Shown: one piece after another, positions 52,206 to 64,000 of the stretch
Numbering within the stretch: position 1 is the first letter of the stretch
Layout: every line of letters starts with the position of its first letter
NCBI RefSeq assembly: GCF_006345805.1
Contig: NC_043000.1
Coordinates: 34,658,001 to 34,722,000, forward strand
Reading direction: 5' to 3'
DNA length: 64,000 nt
DNA from: Octopus sinensis
Lineage: Eukaryota
The notes under the pieces: model-generated
What the model was told of the DNA's origin: nothing
What the model saw: only the letters and a program-made list of their open reading frames with translations
The model's database searches: none
Program-made: the position numbers and the translations under genes

Positions 52206-52739
52206 CTTTACATTTGACGGATATTTATCCTCATCTTGTTTGTTGTTAACACAATGTTTCAGCTGATATACCCTCCAGCCTACATCAGGTATTTTGGGGA
52301 AATTTCGATCATGGGTTGTCGTTTCTAAGGTAGCTGGCAGGACCGTTAGCATGCTGGTCGAAATGCGTAGCCGTATTTCGTCTGCCGTTACGTTCTGAGT
52401 TCAAATTTTGCCGAGGTCAACTTTGCCTTTCATCCTTTCGGGGTTGATAAATTAAGTACCAGTTACGCACTGGAGTCAATGTAATCGACTTAAATTTGTT
52501 TGTCTGTCCTTGTTTATCCTATCTTGTGGGTAGTAAAGAAATAGGTATTTTTCGATGTTATTATTATTATTATTATTATTATCATTATTATTCAGGTCTC
52601 TGCCTGGAATCGAACTCGGAATCTTGGGGTTAGTAGCCTGTGCTCTTAACCACTATGCCAAGATGAGGACAAATGTCTGTCAAATGTAAATAATGTAAAC
52701 AATGTACATAATTCCTCATCTCTTAAATACAGAACTGTA
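52206..52739 (-). mobile_element. Left arm and right terminus of the tRNA/hammerhead palindromic element, interrupted by a Meta-like SINE
   Basis: Decayed hammerhead at 52248-52293 (-); SINE insert at about 52333-52542 flanked by aggta repeats (52328-52332, 52543-52547); tRNA head to 52660; then the plus-oriented terminus ...ctcttaaatacagaactg-TA. Confidence 0.85.
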
Positions 52740-53525
52740 TTAGAAATGACACTCTCCTATCTCCTTCCTCATTTTCTCTCCATACACACCCTCTTACCGC
52801 CATCACTATTCCTCCTTTAAATCAGACTATTAAAGAATATAGTAGTGGTTCTTTCTATATTTGGTATCCATGTATTTATCGAGCATAAAACTCAACTGAA
52901 ACTAGCACAGTCCAGCAAACTGACATTTAACCAGTGGCTTTCAATGACATCCACAACTCTTTGACAGAACTGAATCCTGCTCTGATGTCTGACTGTTAAC
53001 CTCTTGGTTATGCTGACATCCCATCTGATGAGCATTTCACTACATAAATGACATCTCTTATGTAATAGTCAGCAACAGGATTTTTGTTTCTGTAAACAAA
53101 TGATGCCTGGTTGACAGGAAGCAAATCAAAACATCTTGAGAAGAAGAGGGAGACGAAGGAAAGGAAGACAGGTGTTGGTAGGGGTGACAGTAGAATATGT
53201 GGAAAACAGCTACAGTGGACCGATGCTGCTGTTTGGTGGTGACAACATGGTCAACTAAATCTGACGTTAGTCAAAATAAACATTCCCCTTTGATGCATAT
53301 ATATATGCACAGGCGTCGCTGTGTGGTAAGAAGCTTGCTTCCCAACCACATGGTTCCAGGTTCAGTCCCACTGCATGGTACCTTGGGCAAATGTCTTCTA
53401 CTATAGCCTTGTGAGTGGATCTGGTAGACAGAAACTGAAAGAAACTCATCATAGATATATATATAAATTGACAGAATGAGATAAAAAATCCAAGGCTGAC
53501 ACCAATACCTCTCATACTCTCGATA

Positions 53526-53564
<39 letters not shown>

Positions 53565-53571
53565 TATATAT

Positions 53572-53739
53572 AGGCCTGCCTGACTGGCTTCTGTGGTTGG
53601 TGCTATGAAGGGCAATCCAGCTAAAGAAACATTGCCGGATCAGATTGGAGCCTGGTGCAGCTGCTGGCACTCCAGACCTCAGTCAAACAATCCAACCCAT
53701 GCCAGCATGGAAAGCGGACTTTAAACAGTGATGATGATG

Positions 53740-53774
<35 letters not shown>

Positions 53775-53949
53775 ATATATAGGCCTGCCTGACTGGCTTC
53801 TGTGGTTGGTGCTATGAAGGGCAATCCAGCTAAAGAAACATTGCCGGATCAGATTGGAGCCTGGTGCAGCTGCTGGCACTCCAGACCTCAGTCAAACAAT
53901 CCAACCCATGCCAGCATGGAAAGCGGACTTTAAACAGTGATGATGATGA
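53572..53949 (+). repeat. Exact tandem duplication of an RTE tail (period 209 bp) bounded by (TA)n
   Basis: 53572-53740 and 53781-53949 appear identical, including departures from the family consensus. Confidence 0.9.
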
Positions 53950-53972
53950 TATATATATATATATATATATTT

Positions 53973-54391
53973 AGGTGCAGGTGTAGCTGTGTGGTAAGAA
54001 ACTTGCCTCCCAACCACATGGTTCCGGGTTCAGTCCCACTGTGTGGTGCCTTGGGTAAGTGTCTTCTACTATGGCTTCGGGCTGAGCAAAGCTTTGTGAG
54101 TGGATTAGGTAGATGGAAACTGAAAGAAACCCATCGTATATATATATATATATATATGTGTGTGTACATATTTGTGCGTCTGTGCTTATCCCTCCACCAT
54201 CTCATGACAACTGATGTTGGTGTGTTGCCTGTTGGATGTTGGATGTGGGTGTCCCTCTAACTTATCGGTTTGGCAAAAGAGTCAGATAAAATAAGTACTA
54301 GGCTTACAAAGAATAAGTGGTTGGGTCAATTTGTTTGGCTAAAGGCAGTGCTCCAGCATGACCACAATCAAATGACAAGCAAGTAAAAGAA
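53973..54391 (+). mobile_element. CORE-type SINE, full length
   Basis: Head gctgtgtggtaag...ggttcagtccc, gtgccttgggtaagtgtctt, (TA)/(TG) spacer, tail ending aagtaaaaga. Confidence 0.85.
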
Positions 54392-54769
54392 TATATAGCC
54401 ACCATCATCATCATTATGTTTAATGTCTGTCTTTCATGCTGGTCTTGGTTGGACAGTTTGAGAGGATCCGATTGGTCTGAGGACAGTGGTCATGCTCCAG
54501 TGTCATCAAATAAATTATGTCTTAATTATTTATTACTTATGTAACAATTATATAATTAATGATCTTTGCGTTTCAGCCACGGAAACAGATGTAGAACAAA
54601 GCAAATGAAATTTTGAAAAACCATTGAGATCTTTGTTTCCATTCTTTGATGTGTCTGCGTGTGTGTGTGTACGTACACGTGTAAGTGTGTGTTGCTCGCT
54701 GTCATCATCATCGTCATCACTTTAATGTTCATTTCTCCATGTTTGAATTAGTGAGTGTAAGATATGAAC

Positions 54770-55100
54770 ACAGACAATTTGAGAAAACCAGAAAGAAGGA
54801 AAACAGAATGCTTCACTGGATTTGCAATGCCAGTGTACATGAACATTGGAGTATTAATGTGTTGAGACAGAAGAACTGAATGGAACAGAAATGAGATGCA
54901 GGAAGAGAGAAGGTTGCACTGGTACGAGCATTTGAAGCAATATGAAGGAAGACAGCTGTGTAAAGAAGTAGCACGCACTTAAGGTATCTGGTACCTGTGG
55001 AAGAGGAAAAAAAAAAGGTTGGCACAGCCGTGAAAGTTGATTGCAAGATCTCAGACAGGATGTAACAAAGTCTGTGCTATGTGGTGATTGGAGAAGCCCT
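54770..55100 (+). mobile_element. RTE ORF C-terminal remnant
   Basis: ENRMLHWICNASVHEHWSINVLRQK...RRLHWYEH...VSGTCGRG. Confidence 0.7.
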
Positions 55101-55228
55101 GAATACAAAAGATCCATTCAGCAATACAAGCTGAATGGTGAATGGAAGGCCACAAGAATGGTGATAATGATTGAGACTGAGAGCTGTATTTATGTATGCA
55201 TAAAGTTCTCATTCTCTGTGTATATATA

Positions 55229-55606
55229 CAGTAGAATCTCATAGTATGAGTGTCCCATAGTACGAGTAATTTGCTGTACAAGCTGAGACACATGCGAATT
55301 TTTGTCTTGACGTGTGAGCGGAAATCTGCAGCACGAGCACACAAATTGCTCCATCTTTAAGGTAATTCAGTTAATAAAACCAGTTTCTTTTTCATTCTCT
55401 TCTTTTTTATAATTGTCATTTTACATGTAACTACACCTTTTCTGTTTTAAAACCCATAAAAAATTGTTTCTGAGTGGTTTTTGTGGGCTGGAACGGATTA
55501 ACTATATTTCAGTTAATTTCAATGGGGAAAATAGATTTGTAAAGCGAGTAAATTGTATGACGAGCTCGGTCATAGAATAAATTAAACTCATGCTACGAGG
55601 TATCAC

Positions 55607-55608
<2 letters not shown>
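55229..55608. mobile_element. Tigger/pogo-like MITE
   Basis: TIRs cagtagaatctcatagtatgagt and actcatgctacgaggtatcactg; TA on the left flank; internal ggctggaacggattaa...tttcaatggggaaaat. Confidence 0.75.
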
Positions 55609-55638
<30 letters not shown>

Positions 55639-55764
55639 CACACACACATACACACATATTCAATTCAAAAAAAAAGAGAAAAAAGTAAAAGAAAAAGCAA
55701 ATAAATGTGAGGATGTAGCACAAGCAATGTATCAATGTGATGCTTGGAGAAAGAAGAGAGTTGT

Positions 55765-55801
55765 TGTTTTATGTTTCAAGCATAGCTCTTCATCAGAAAC
55801 A
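55765..55801 (-). ncRNA. Minimal hammerhead motif with CpG-decayed helix III
   Basis: Minus strand tgttt|CTGATGA|a|gagc-tat-gctt|GAA|acat|A|aaaca. Confidence 0.6.
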
Positions 55802-58181
55802 GGAAAAACAGGGAACTCCAAAGAAAAAGAAGGAAGGAGGAAAAAACGTCACCAACAGTCCATGTGTGGTTATATTTCTGAAGTGACCAGAAGTAGGAGG
55901 AAATTTATGTATGCATATACTTTGGGTGTGTGGTTGAGAAGTTTGCTTCATACCACATGGTTCTGGGTTCATTCACACAGTGTAGAAACTTGAACAAGGG
56001 TTTTCTATTATAACCTCGGGCTGACCAAAGACCTGTGAGTAGATGTGGAAGACAGAAACTGAAGAAACTTATTGTATATGTGTAATTTCCCTTTGTTTAA
56101 TGGTCATTTTCATAGCATTTTTGTTTGTCTAAATAACTGACGAGATGCCATAGCAGATTTCCGCCCCGACATCCAAAACTTGGAGTTTGATTATGGCAAC
56201 CGATTATATTATATTACAGATATATTTATATACATGTATGTAGATATATGCATGTGAGAGTGTGTGTGTGTGTATCTGTGTGTGTATGCATGTATTTGTG
56301 TTTGTTTCTTAACATCATGGAATAAAGCTAAACAAGCACCACTTCTCCTCTTTTCCAGTCATTCCTGGAAACATGTCTGGTCATGGGGGAAATATTACCT
56401 TGCCTCCATTCATAGGAAATCTGCCCCAACAAATTTCATTTAACCTATGTAAACATGGCCAAGTGATCATTAGAACTATGATGATAATGGTGATAAACAT
56501 ATATAAACGAAGTAATTTCAACATAGGTATGTATATATATATATATGTATGTATATATGTATGTTAAGTGTACACCTGAAAATGTATATTGTTTCCCATG
56601 ATATTAAGCATCTTTTCCCACAGAGTGCAATGACGGGTGAGAGTGAGTGGAATGGCTTGCAAATAATTCCTCATTCTATTGTAAAGCATGCTCTTTAACC
56701 AGCCACTCTCCCTCCCTCCTCTCACTTTGTTGCCCTAATTGTTTTATTTGGGAAGTCAATGTTTGTAATGAGCAACCTACTACCACCACCACCACCACCA
56801 CCATCACTACACTCAATAACATGCACAATAAAGCATTAATGTCATGGCTATTGTTGTTACAATTTTTATTTATTTATTAATCACCATTGTGACATATGTA
56901 AGAACAACACATGCATGGACATAAACACACACACACACACACGCTACACATTCTCACACATTGACACGTATACTTTCAATGTGTGCATTTTCATATACAC
57001 ATATACACACGATACATAACTACAGTGTGCACAAATGCATGCACATGTATTAAAGAGAATGTTACAGATTGTTAACTTGGATGGCATCTGTTCCTTGCAA
57101 CTGTTTGAAATAAGATGAAACCAGGTTTCTGTTTGAATGGGGCTCTACACTTTGTCTAATTAACAGTCAGCTGACTGGCAAATAAACCTTCTCTAATAAT
57201 AGCAATTTAAGAATTAGCAAACTGACAACTACTATCTGAGTCTGTCTATCTGTCTGTCTCTCAGTGTCTCTGTCTTTCTATGTTTCTTTCCTCTCTCTCA
57301 AAACTCAGCCTCCCAATAAATCAGACCGCTGATCAAGCCCGATAGTTGTCTGTGTGTCAAAAAGATATTTCACATCAATTCTTCAGTTATCACAAAATTA
57401 ACCATTCTGAAATATTTGAACTGCAAAACTACATTTCAAATGTATCATTTCCCTTCTTCAGTGACGTTCTGAAAGGATCCCAGTTCCCGGGGAGAGTAAA
57501 AATCGAAAATCGATTTTAGCGAAAACGGACGCTAAATGATGATGATGATGATTTTGTGAAGGTCCAGTTCATTGTTCAGCACATGACACTTTTTACTTAA
57601 ATATCACTCAAAGGTTGGAATCATCTTTTAGCTACCCTGGGTCATTTATTGAATACTAAGATCATCTTAATCAATACTGATTTGCAAGAGGTCAGAATTG
57701 GTAGAAGAATTTTATTGATCTTAGTTTTAGAATGATGCTTATTAATTACAAGATTATGAAAACAAAATCGATCTTGATTTGAACTCAGAACAGCAAAGTT
57801 TGCAATTCAATGCAAGATAGCAGAGCACTGTACCACTTAAGCCATGGCATCACCAAAACCATCTGATATCAACCCAAGTCTTTTTGAGGAAGGGCAACTG
57901 AGTGTAAGGGGAGTGGGGTCGTTTTATTTCATTTGTTTCCTCTGAAGTGGGGCAGTGTCACAGCCTCACTAAAGCCTCTGACATTGATCTCATTGACATT
58001 GTTGGTTTTTCTTAAACTGTGAACTGCATTTGCTGTGAAGTACATCTGCAGTAGTTTAGAACATCTGTCACATGAGAAGCATTTACTGCCAACAGCAGTT
58101 GATATACGATTGGTGGAACACTATGTGGTTGAAGTTCCAAAATCTTGTACAGGTAGCAGGAGTGGTTGCAAAGTAGAAAGA

Positions 58182-58293
58182 TACATTATTTACATTTGAC
58201 AAATATTTGTCCTCATCTTGTTTGTTGTTAACATGTTTCGGCTATCTTGGGGAAATTTTGAACCTGGGTTCTCATTCCTATGGTATTTTTCAA

Positions 58294-58329
<36 letters not shown>

Positions 58330-58420
58330 AGTCACTGCCTGGAATTGAACTCGGAATCTTGGGGTTAGTAGCCCATGCTCTTAATTACTACGCGATATGC
58401 CCATGGGTATATGGCGTAGT
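58182..58420 (-). mobile_element. Left arm and centre of the tRNA/hammerhead palindromic element; ribozyme core deleted
   Basis: Same arm as 52206, but the hammerhead core is missing at about 58243; palindromic centre actacgcgatatgcccatgggtatatggcgtagt at 58387-58420. Confidence 0.85.
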
Positions 58421-58467
58421 CATTCAAAGGGAGCCATCAGAAGAAGCTTTCTCTCTTAAATTGTCAT

Positions 58468-58902
58468 CTTTTATCCTTTACTTGTTTGATCATTAGACTG
58501 TGGCCATGCTTTGGCACCAGCTTGAAGAATTTTAGTCGAGTGAATTGATCCCAATACTTACTAATTTTCTTTTGTAAAACCTGGTACTTATTTTAGGGGT
58601 TGTCTTTGAGAAACTGCTAAGTTATGGGGACGTAAACACACCAATACCAGTTGTAAAGCAGTGGTGGGAGACAAACACAGACACGAAGACACATACACAC
58701 ACACATTCGTGCATGCACACACAGACACACACACTCACAATAGGTTTCTTTCAGTTTCCACCTACCAAATCTACTGATTAGGCCTTGGTTAGCCTGAGGC
58801 TATGGAAGAAGGTGCCTGCCCAAGGCGCTGTGCAGAGAAACTGAACTTGGAACCATGTGGTTGGGAAGCAAACTGCTGACTACACAGGCATGTCCTGTGC
58901 CT
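58468..58902 (-). mobile_element. CORE-type SINE, full length
   Basis: Reverse complement of the 53973 family from tail to head. Confidence 0.8.
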
Positions 58903-59772
58903 ATGTTGTTGATAAATAATGTATATTGGTTGACTGAGACTGTTGACATCTCTCACCTGTAGTAACTTCTATAAATTATCACATAAAAACAGCGAGAAGC
59001 CTCACAAGAGTCAAATGAATGCTTACCTGTTATTGTCAGCAATGTAGTACTGACATATCATCAAAATATATCTATGACTATAAGTATAGAAGTATCTATG
59101 TGTCTGGTATGTATGTCCCTGCATGTATATATGGGTTTTGTCATCATTTTAATCTGGTAGGAAAGCGCTAGCCAAAACTCTTTACTTGAGAAGGAGGGGC
59201 TGAGAAAGGTACCCCTGAAATAGAAACTTGACCTGAATGTCTGTAATAGATGAGAATCTGCTAAAGGCACCTGAAGATGAGGTCGTCATCATCATCATCA
59301 TCATTTAATGTCTGTTGTCCATGCTGGCATGGGTTGAACAGTTTGACTGAGCTGACACACTGAAAGGCTGCACCAGACTCCAGTCTGATTTAGCATGGTT
59401 TCCTCTAGCTGGATGCCCTTCTTAACGCCAGCCACTCTGTGAGTGTAATGGGTGCTTTTACGTGCCATTTGCATGACACTGGGGTGCATTTATGTGCCAC
59501 CAGCATGGGTGCCAAGGTAGTTGTGTTAAACTGAGTGGTGGATTAAGTCGACAACTTAGGCAAAACAAGATGAGATTTGAACTCAGAATCAAAGATCCAA
59601 GCCAAATATTGCATGGCATAAGTTCGAATGTTCTTGTTGTTCTTCTAATCCACTGTCCTTGATTGGTACTTTTTAATCAATTTCAGAAGAATTAAAGACA
59701 AAGTTGATCTTGGTGTAATTTGAACTCAATATGCAGAGAATTCGAATAAATACTGCAAAACAATTTTCCACA

Positions 59773-60376
59773 GGTGTAATCAGCTCATTTAAAAAGTATC
59801 TTTAAATTATTGGGCGACATTCCATGCTTCAAGAGACCTATTGAATCAAGTAAAACCAAAATCAAATCATAATCAAATAGAAATTGAAGTTGTGGCCAAT
59901 GCCAGTGCTGCCTGAGTGGCCCTTGTGCCGGTGGCACATAAAAAGCACCATCTGAATGTGGCTGAAGCCAGTGCCATCTGACTGGCTCTTGTGCTGGTGG
60001 CACGTAAAAAGCACCATTCAAGCATAGTCGATGCCAGTACTGCCTGACTGGCCCTTGTACTGGTGGCATGTAAAAAGCACCATCTGAACGTGGCCAATTC
60101 CAGTGCCACCTGACTGGCTCCTGCGCTGGTGGCACATAAATAGCACCATTCAAGCCTGATCGATGCCAGTACCGCCTGACTGGCTCTTTTACCAGTGGCA
60201 TGTAAAAAGCACCCACTACACTCTCGGAGTGGTTGGCATTTGGAAGGGCATCCAGCTGTAGAAACACTGCCAGATCAGATTGGAGCCTAGTATAGCCTCC
60301 TGGCTTGCCAGTCCCCAGTCAAACCATCCAACCCATGCTAGCATGGAAAAACGGACATTAAATGATGATGATGATG
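59773..60376 (+). mobile_element. RTE 3'UTR with five ~65-bp repeats in alternating A/B order
   Basis: Units end alternately in accatctgaa.gtgg and accattcaagc..; canonical tail and (GAT)n. Confidence 0.9.
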
Positions 60377-62069
60377 TACATAGGTACTCCACTATACTGA
60401 GTCTCTCTCTTTCTCTGTGTGTGTGTGTGCACGCCCGTGTACATGTAGGTACAGTATAATGGAATGGTTAAGAAGTTTGTTTCACAACCATAAAGAGGCA
60501 CATTCAATCTTACTGCACTTAACCTTGGGCTAATATCAATTTCTATTGTGTCACGTTGGCCCGTACCTTGTCAATGAAATTGAGTAGATAGAAACTGCAT
60601 TAAGGATACACATGTCTGTGGAATATTCAACCACTCGTATTTGAATTCGATGACCAGGGGATTTAGTTGATCAAACAGCTGAATCCTCTTTGTTGAATGA
60701 TGGAGATCCATCACCACACACACACGCACGCACACACACACACACACACTGATCTTGTAAAATATACAGAGAGCAAAAAAAAAGTATTGATTTGAAATAT
60801 TAATTTGAATAAAATCCTCTTAATAGCTAAAATAGGGTGCACATAATGTACACATGCATATATATATATATATGTATGCACATGAATAATATACAAATGT
60901 GTATACACTCACAAATAAACATTTAAGCAGCTGGTCTCAGGAACATCATTACCATTATAATATATCATATATACGATAATATTTCATATTATTGGGTTTT
61001 CACTGATAAAATTTATGATTTTGTACTGAAATAAACCTCTAGTATATAATGTTGGCCAGTTGATTGTGACAGTTGATACAAACATTAATGTAATGCCTGG
61101 CTTCATTTTCTGGAACAAAGAGCTATACCTATAGATGTCCTGGGAACAGTAAGAAATGTAATAGCCAAAAATATAACAAAACAGAGTCCCAAATTCCAGT
61201 CTTCAGTTTAAATTGGCCACATTTGGCCAAACATGAATTAATCTACCACTGTAACCTACCCCTCAGCATTTCTTGATTTTTTTTTAAAGATCCTTCTCAT
61301 GTCATACAGACTCGTAGAGTTGGTTTCTTGGTTTCTGTGGTGCATTCATCCATCCCACATAGGGATGGGACACCAGCCCATTGCAAAATACTCCTTTTTG
61401 CCAGCTGAGTAAACTAGAGCTACATAAAAGGAAGTGTTTTGCTCAAGAACATAATGTGTCGCCCAGTCCATGAAATGAAACCATGGTTTCACGATCATGA
61501 GTCCAACACCCTAACCACTAAACCATGTGCCTCCAGCATGTTTTTGGTTACTTTATTTCTCAAGTCTCAAGAATCTTTGTGTCCTTTTCATTCTCTGCTA
61601 CTTTTAAGGTAATCCTTGTAAGGCATTCATACATCTGATTCTTCTGCTCATAGTAGCACATCTGTAGATCTTACGGAGATAATATAATTCATTCAGCCTC
61701 CCAAAATTAATAAGGTACATTTTTTATGTGCACAGTTTCTCCTACATTTCCACCCAAAATATAGTTCCTTCCACATCTATATGTATCATCATCATAATTA
61801 TCATCATCATTTTGACATTCCTATTTCCATGTCTGCATGGGTCAGATGGATTACTGAGGTAGATTTTCTAATGACTGGAAGCACTTCCTGTCACCAACCC
61901 TTACATGTTTCCAAGAAAGGTAAGATTTCCCAAAGGTCAGATATATTTTTGCAGGATATTTGAAATGGATAACACTGCTTGTATGACAGTGACCCTCATT
62001 TACAGCCACCACATGGTGTCAAGAACAGGTGAGACAAACATACTCACACTTAAACATATATATATATGC

Positions 62070-62772
62070 AGGACATAAGAAGCATCAGATGTGGTGTGCA
62101 AGAGAGATGACTGCACTGGTATGATCATGTGTTGCATATAGATGAGGACAGCAGAGGACACCCCAACAGTGGAGGGAACCTGTGGAAGAGGTAGACCCAG
62201 GAAGACCTGGGATGAGGTGGTGAAGCATAACCTTCGAACATTGGGCCTTACAGAGGCAATGACAAGCAACCAAGACCTTTTGGAGATATGCTGTGCTTGG
62301 GAAGACCTGGAAAGCCAAATGAGATCATGGTTGTGGCCCATGCCAGTATCACATAACTGGCACATTTAAGAGTACCCTTCAATTATTGAGAAGACATGTT
62401 GAGTTAAGTGAAATTGTTGTCATGGCTGATGCCAATACTACCTGACTGGCACCTGCGCCAGTGGCACATAAAAAGCACCATTCAAGCATGGTTGATGCCA
62501 GTGCTGACTGACTGGCTCCTGTAGTGGTGGCACATAAAAAGCACCATGTGAGCATGATCCATGCCAGTGCCGACTGACTGGCTCCCATGCTGGTGGCATG
62601 TAAAAAGCACCATTCGAGCATGGTCAATGCCAGTGCTGCCTGACTGGCCCCCGTGCTGATGGCACCTAAAAAGCACCCACTACACTCTTGGAGTGGTTGG
62701 CGTTAGGAAGGACATCCAGCTGTAGAAATCTTGCCAGATCAGATTGGAGTCTGGTGCAGCCTAATGATGATG
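62070..62772 (+). mobile_element. RTE LINE 3' end linking the ORF C-terminus to the minisatellite UTR
   Basis: VEGTCGRGRPRKTWDEVVKHNLRTLGLTEAMTSNQDLWRYAV runs directly into four ~65-bp units and the aggaaggacatccagctgtagaaa tail. Confidence 0.9.
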
Positions 62773-64000
62773 AAATTCTTTTCTGACAGGCTTCTTTCAG
62801 TTTCCAGTCACCAAATCACTCACAAGATTTTTATTGGCTTGCAACCATAACAGAAGACACTTGCCCAAGGTGTTAAGCACTAGGACTGAACCTGGAACCA
62901 TGTTGCTGGTAGACATTCTTCTTAACCTGTGCCTATTTGTGTGTGTGTGTGGTGTGTGTGTGTGTGTGTGTGTGCATGTGTGTGTGAAGAGGCACAGTGT
63001 TTATAAAGTCACACCACTGATTAATAAGCTATGGCCATCAATTTAAAGTTGTTAATTTATTTGGTTAACAGTTCATATTTCTTCTACTTAATAGTTGAGA
63101 ATATCCACCAGTAAAATTATTTCAGTAAGATAAAAATGTTCTAACTAGCACACTAAGTATGTGTGTGTGCGTGTGTGTGTGCATGCGTGAATGTGTGTAT
63201 GCTTGAGTGCAAAAGTGTGTCTGTTGTATATGTATGTATGAATAACAATTCCACTCTCAAAAGTAGATTGTGTGTTATAGACAATAAGTTTTAAAGTATA
63301 ACCTTTGATAGTCTGTCAGTTATATTATTACAAAAATTTATATTAAAAAAAAAAGAAGATAAAAAAAATATATTGTTTAAAAGAAAGAAATATATATGTT
63401 GAGTGAATACTTTGAACAAATCTGAAATTTATAGAGTTGGATATTCAATAACTGGTTCATTTAATAGTAGTGGTAGGAGAAAATAATCATATTTGCTTGT
63501 GTTATTAAGTTAAAACTAGTGTTTTAAAGAAAACAGTGTGTGTTTGTGTGTGTGTGTCTCTCTCTCTCTCTCTCTCTCTATCTGTGTTTGTGAAGGCCTC
63601 CATATGACTGTTTCATGCAGTCACCTCTGGGAGATGATTTCTCTGTAATGTTGATTGAAGTTAGCAATAGTTGTTCAAGTTTTAAAGTTTCTTCATACAA
63701 AACATGTTCAAGAAAACCTAATGAAATAATTATCCATTTTAAGAAATACACAAAAGTTTGAGAGAAGTAATGAGGAAGTAAATTGCAAGAAAAATACAGA
63801 AGCATGGGGGAATTAGAGATAGTCTAAGTTCTTAACATACACACAAAGCAAAAAAAAAAAAAAAAAGAAACTGACATAAACTATATTGGTATATTGTGAC
63901 AAGGAATGAGTTCTAAAATTATGAACATGTCTATCAAATGTGATACAAAGGTTTCCTGACATGAAGTTGAAATGCACAGGGTCTACTTAACCCTTTCGTT

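Noticed and set aside
53025-53060. Hammerhead at ctgatgagcattt...aaatg
   Set aside because: A stem II-like pairing exists but no GAAA follows.
56132-56195. Hammerhead at ctgacga-gatg...catc-caaaac
   Set aside because: GAAA is not intact and no valid NUH/stem I register fits; at most a heavily decayed relic.
57947-58151. Coding exon in unique sequence
   Set aside because: No recognisable protein in any frame, and the splice signals are only moderate.
59185-59285. Hammerhead-like agggg...cccctgaaa and cctgaagatg
   Set aside because: Core and stems cannot be placed in a valid order.
59895-60210. CRISPR-like appearance of the ~65-bp repeat arrays
   Set aside because: Units are contiguous and degenerate with no unique spacers. 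They are embedded in a LINE 3'UTR in eukaryotic DNA, and no cas genes are present.

Overview
This is an AT-rich, microsatellite-saturated metazoan window with no recognisable host protein-coding exon. It is probably intronic or intergenic DNA from an octopus-like cephalopod; that assignment is inferred from the repeat landscape only. Nearly all of it is decayed mobile DNA: two mariner elements with broken transposases, RTE-clade LINE pieces (endonuclease, RT, C-terminus and about 20 3' ends whose UTR carries a variable ~65-bp minisatellite), four R4/Dong-like 3' ends, most of them at (AAT)n tracts, Penelope-like remnants, at least four tRNA-headed SINE families, and piggyBac-like and Tigger-like MITEs. 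The most interesting signal is absent from the ORF track. About ten minimal type-I hammerhead ribozyme motifs (stem I-CUGANGA-stem II-GAAA-palindromic helix III-NUH-stem I) from several unrelated families occur here, some structurally intact (15842-15886, 47278-47323). Several lie in or beside long foldback palindromes. Three partial copies (47085-47372, 52206-52739, 58182-58420) reconstruct one palindromic element with back-to-back tRNA-type Pol III promoters, each reading through (AAT)n into a hammerhead, and ending in TA-CAGTTCT termini. All calls are by eye. Element boundaries are approximate, family names come from remembered motifs, and no database search or folding program was run.
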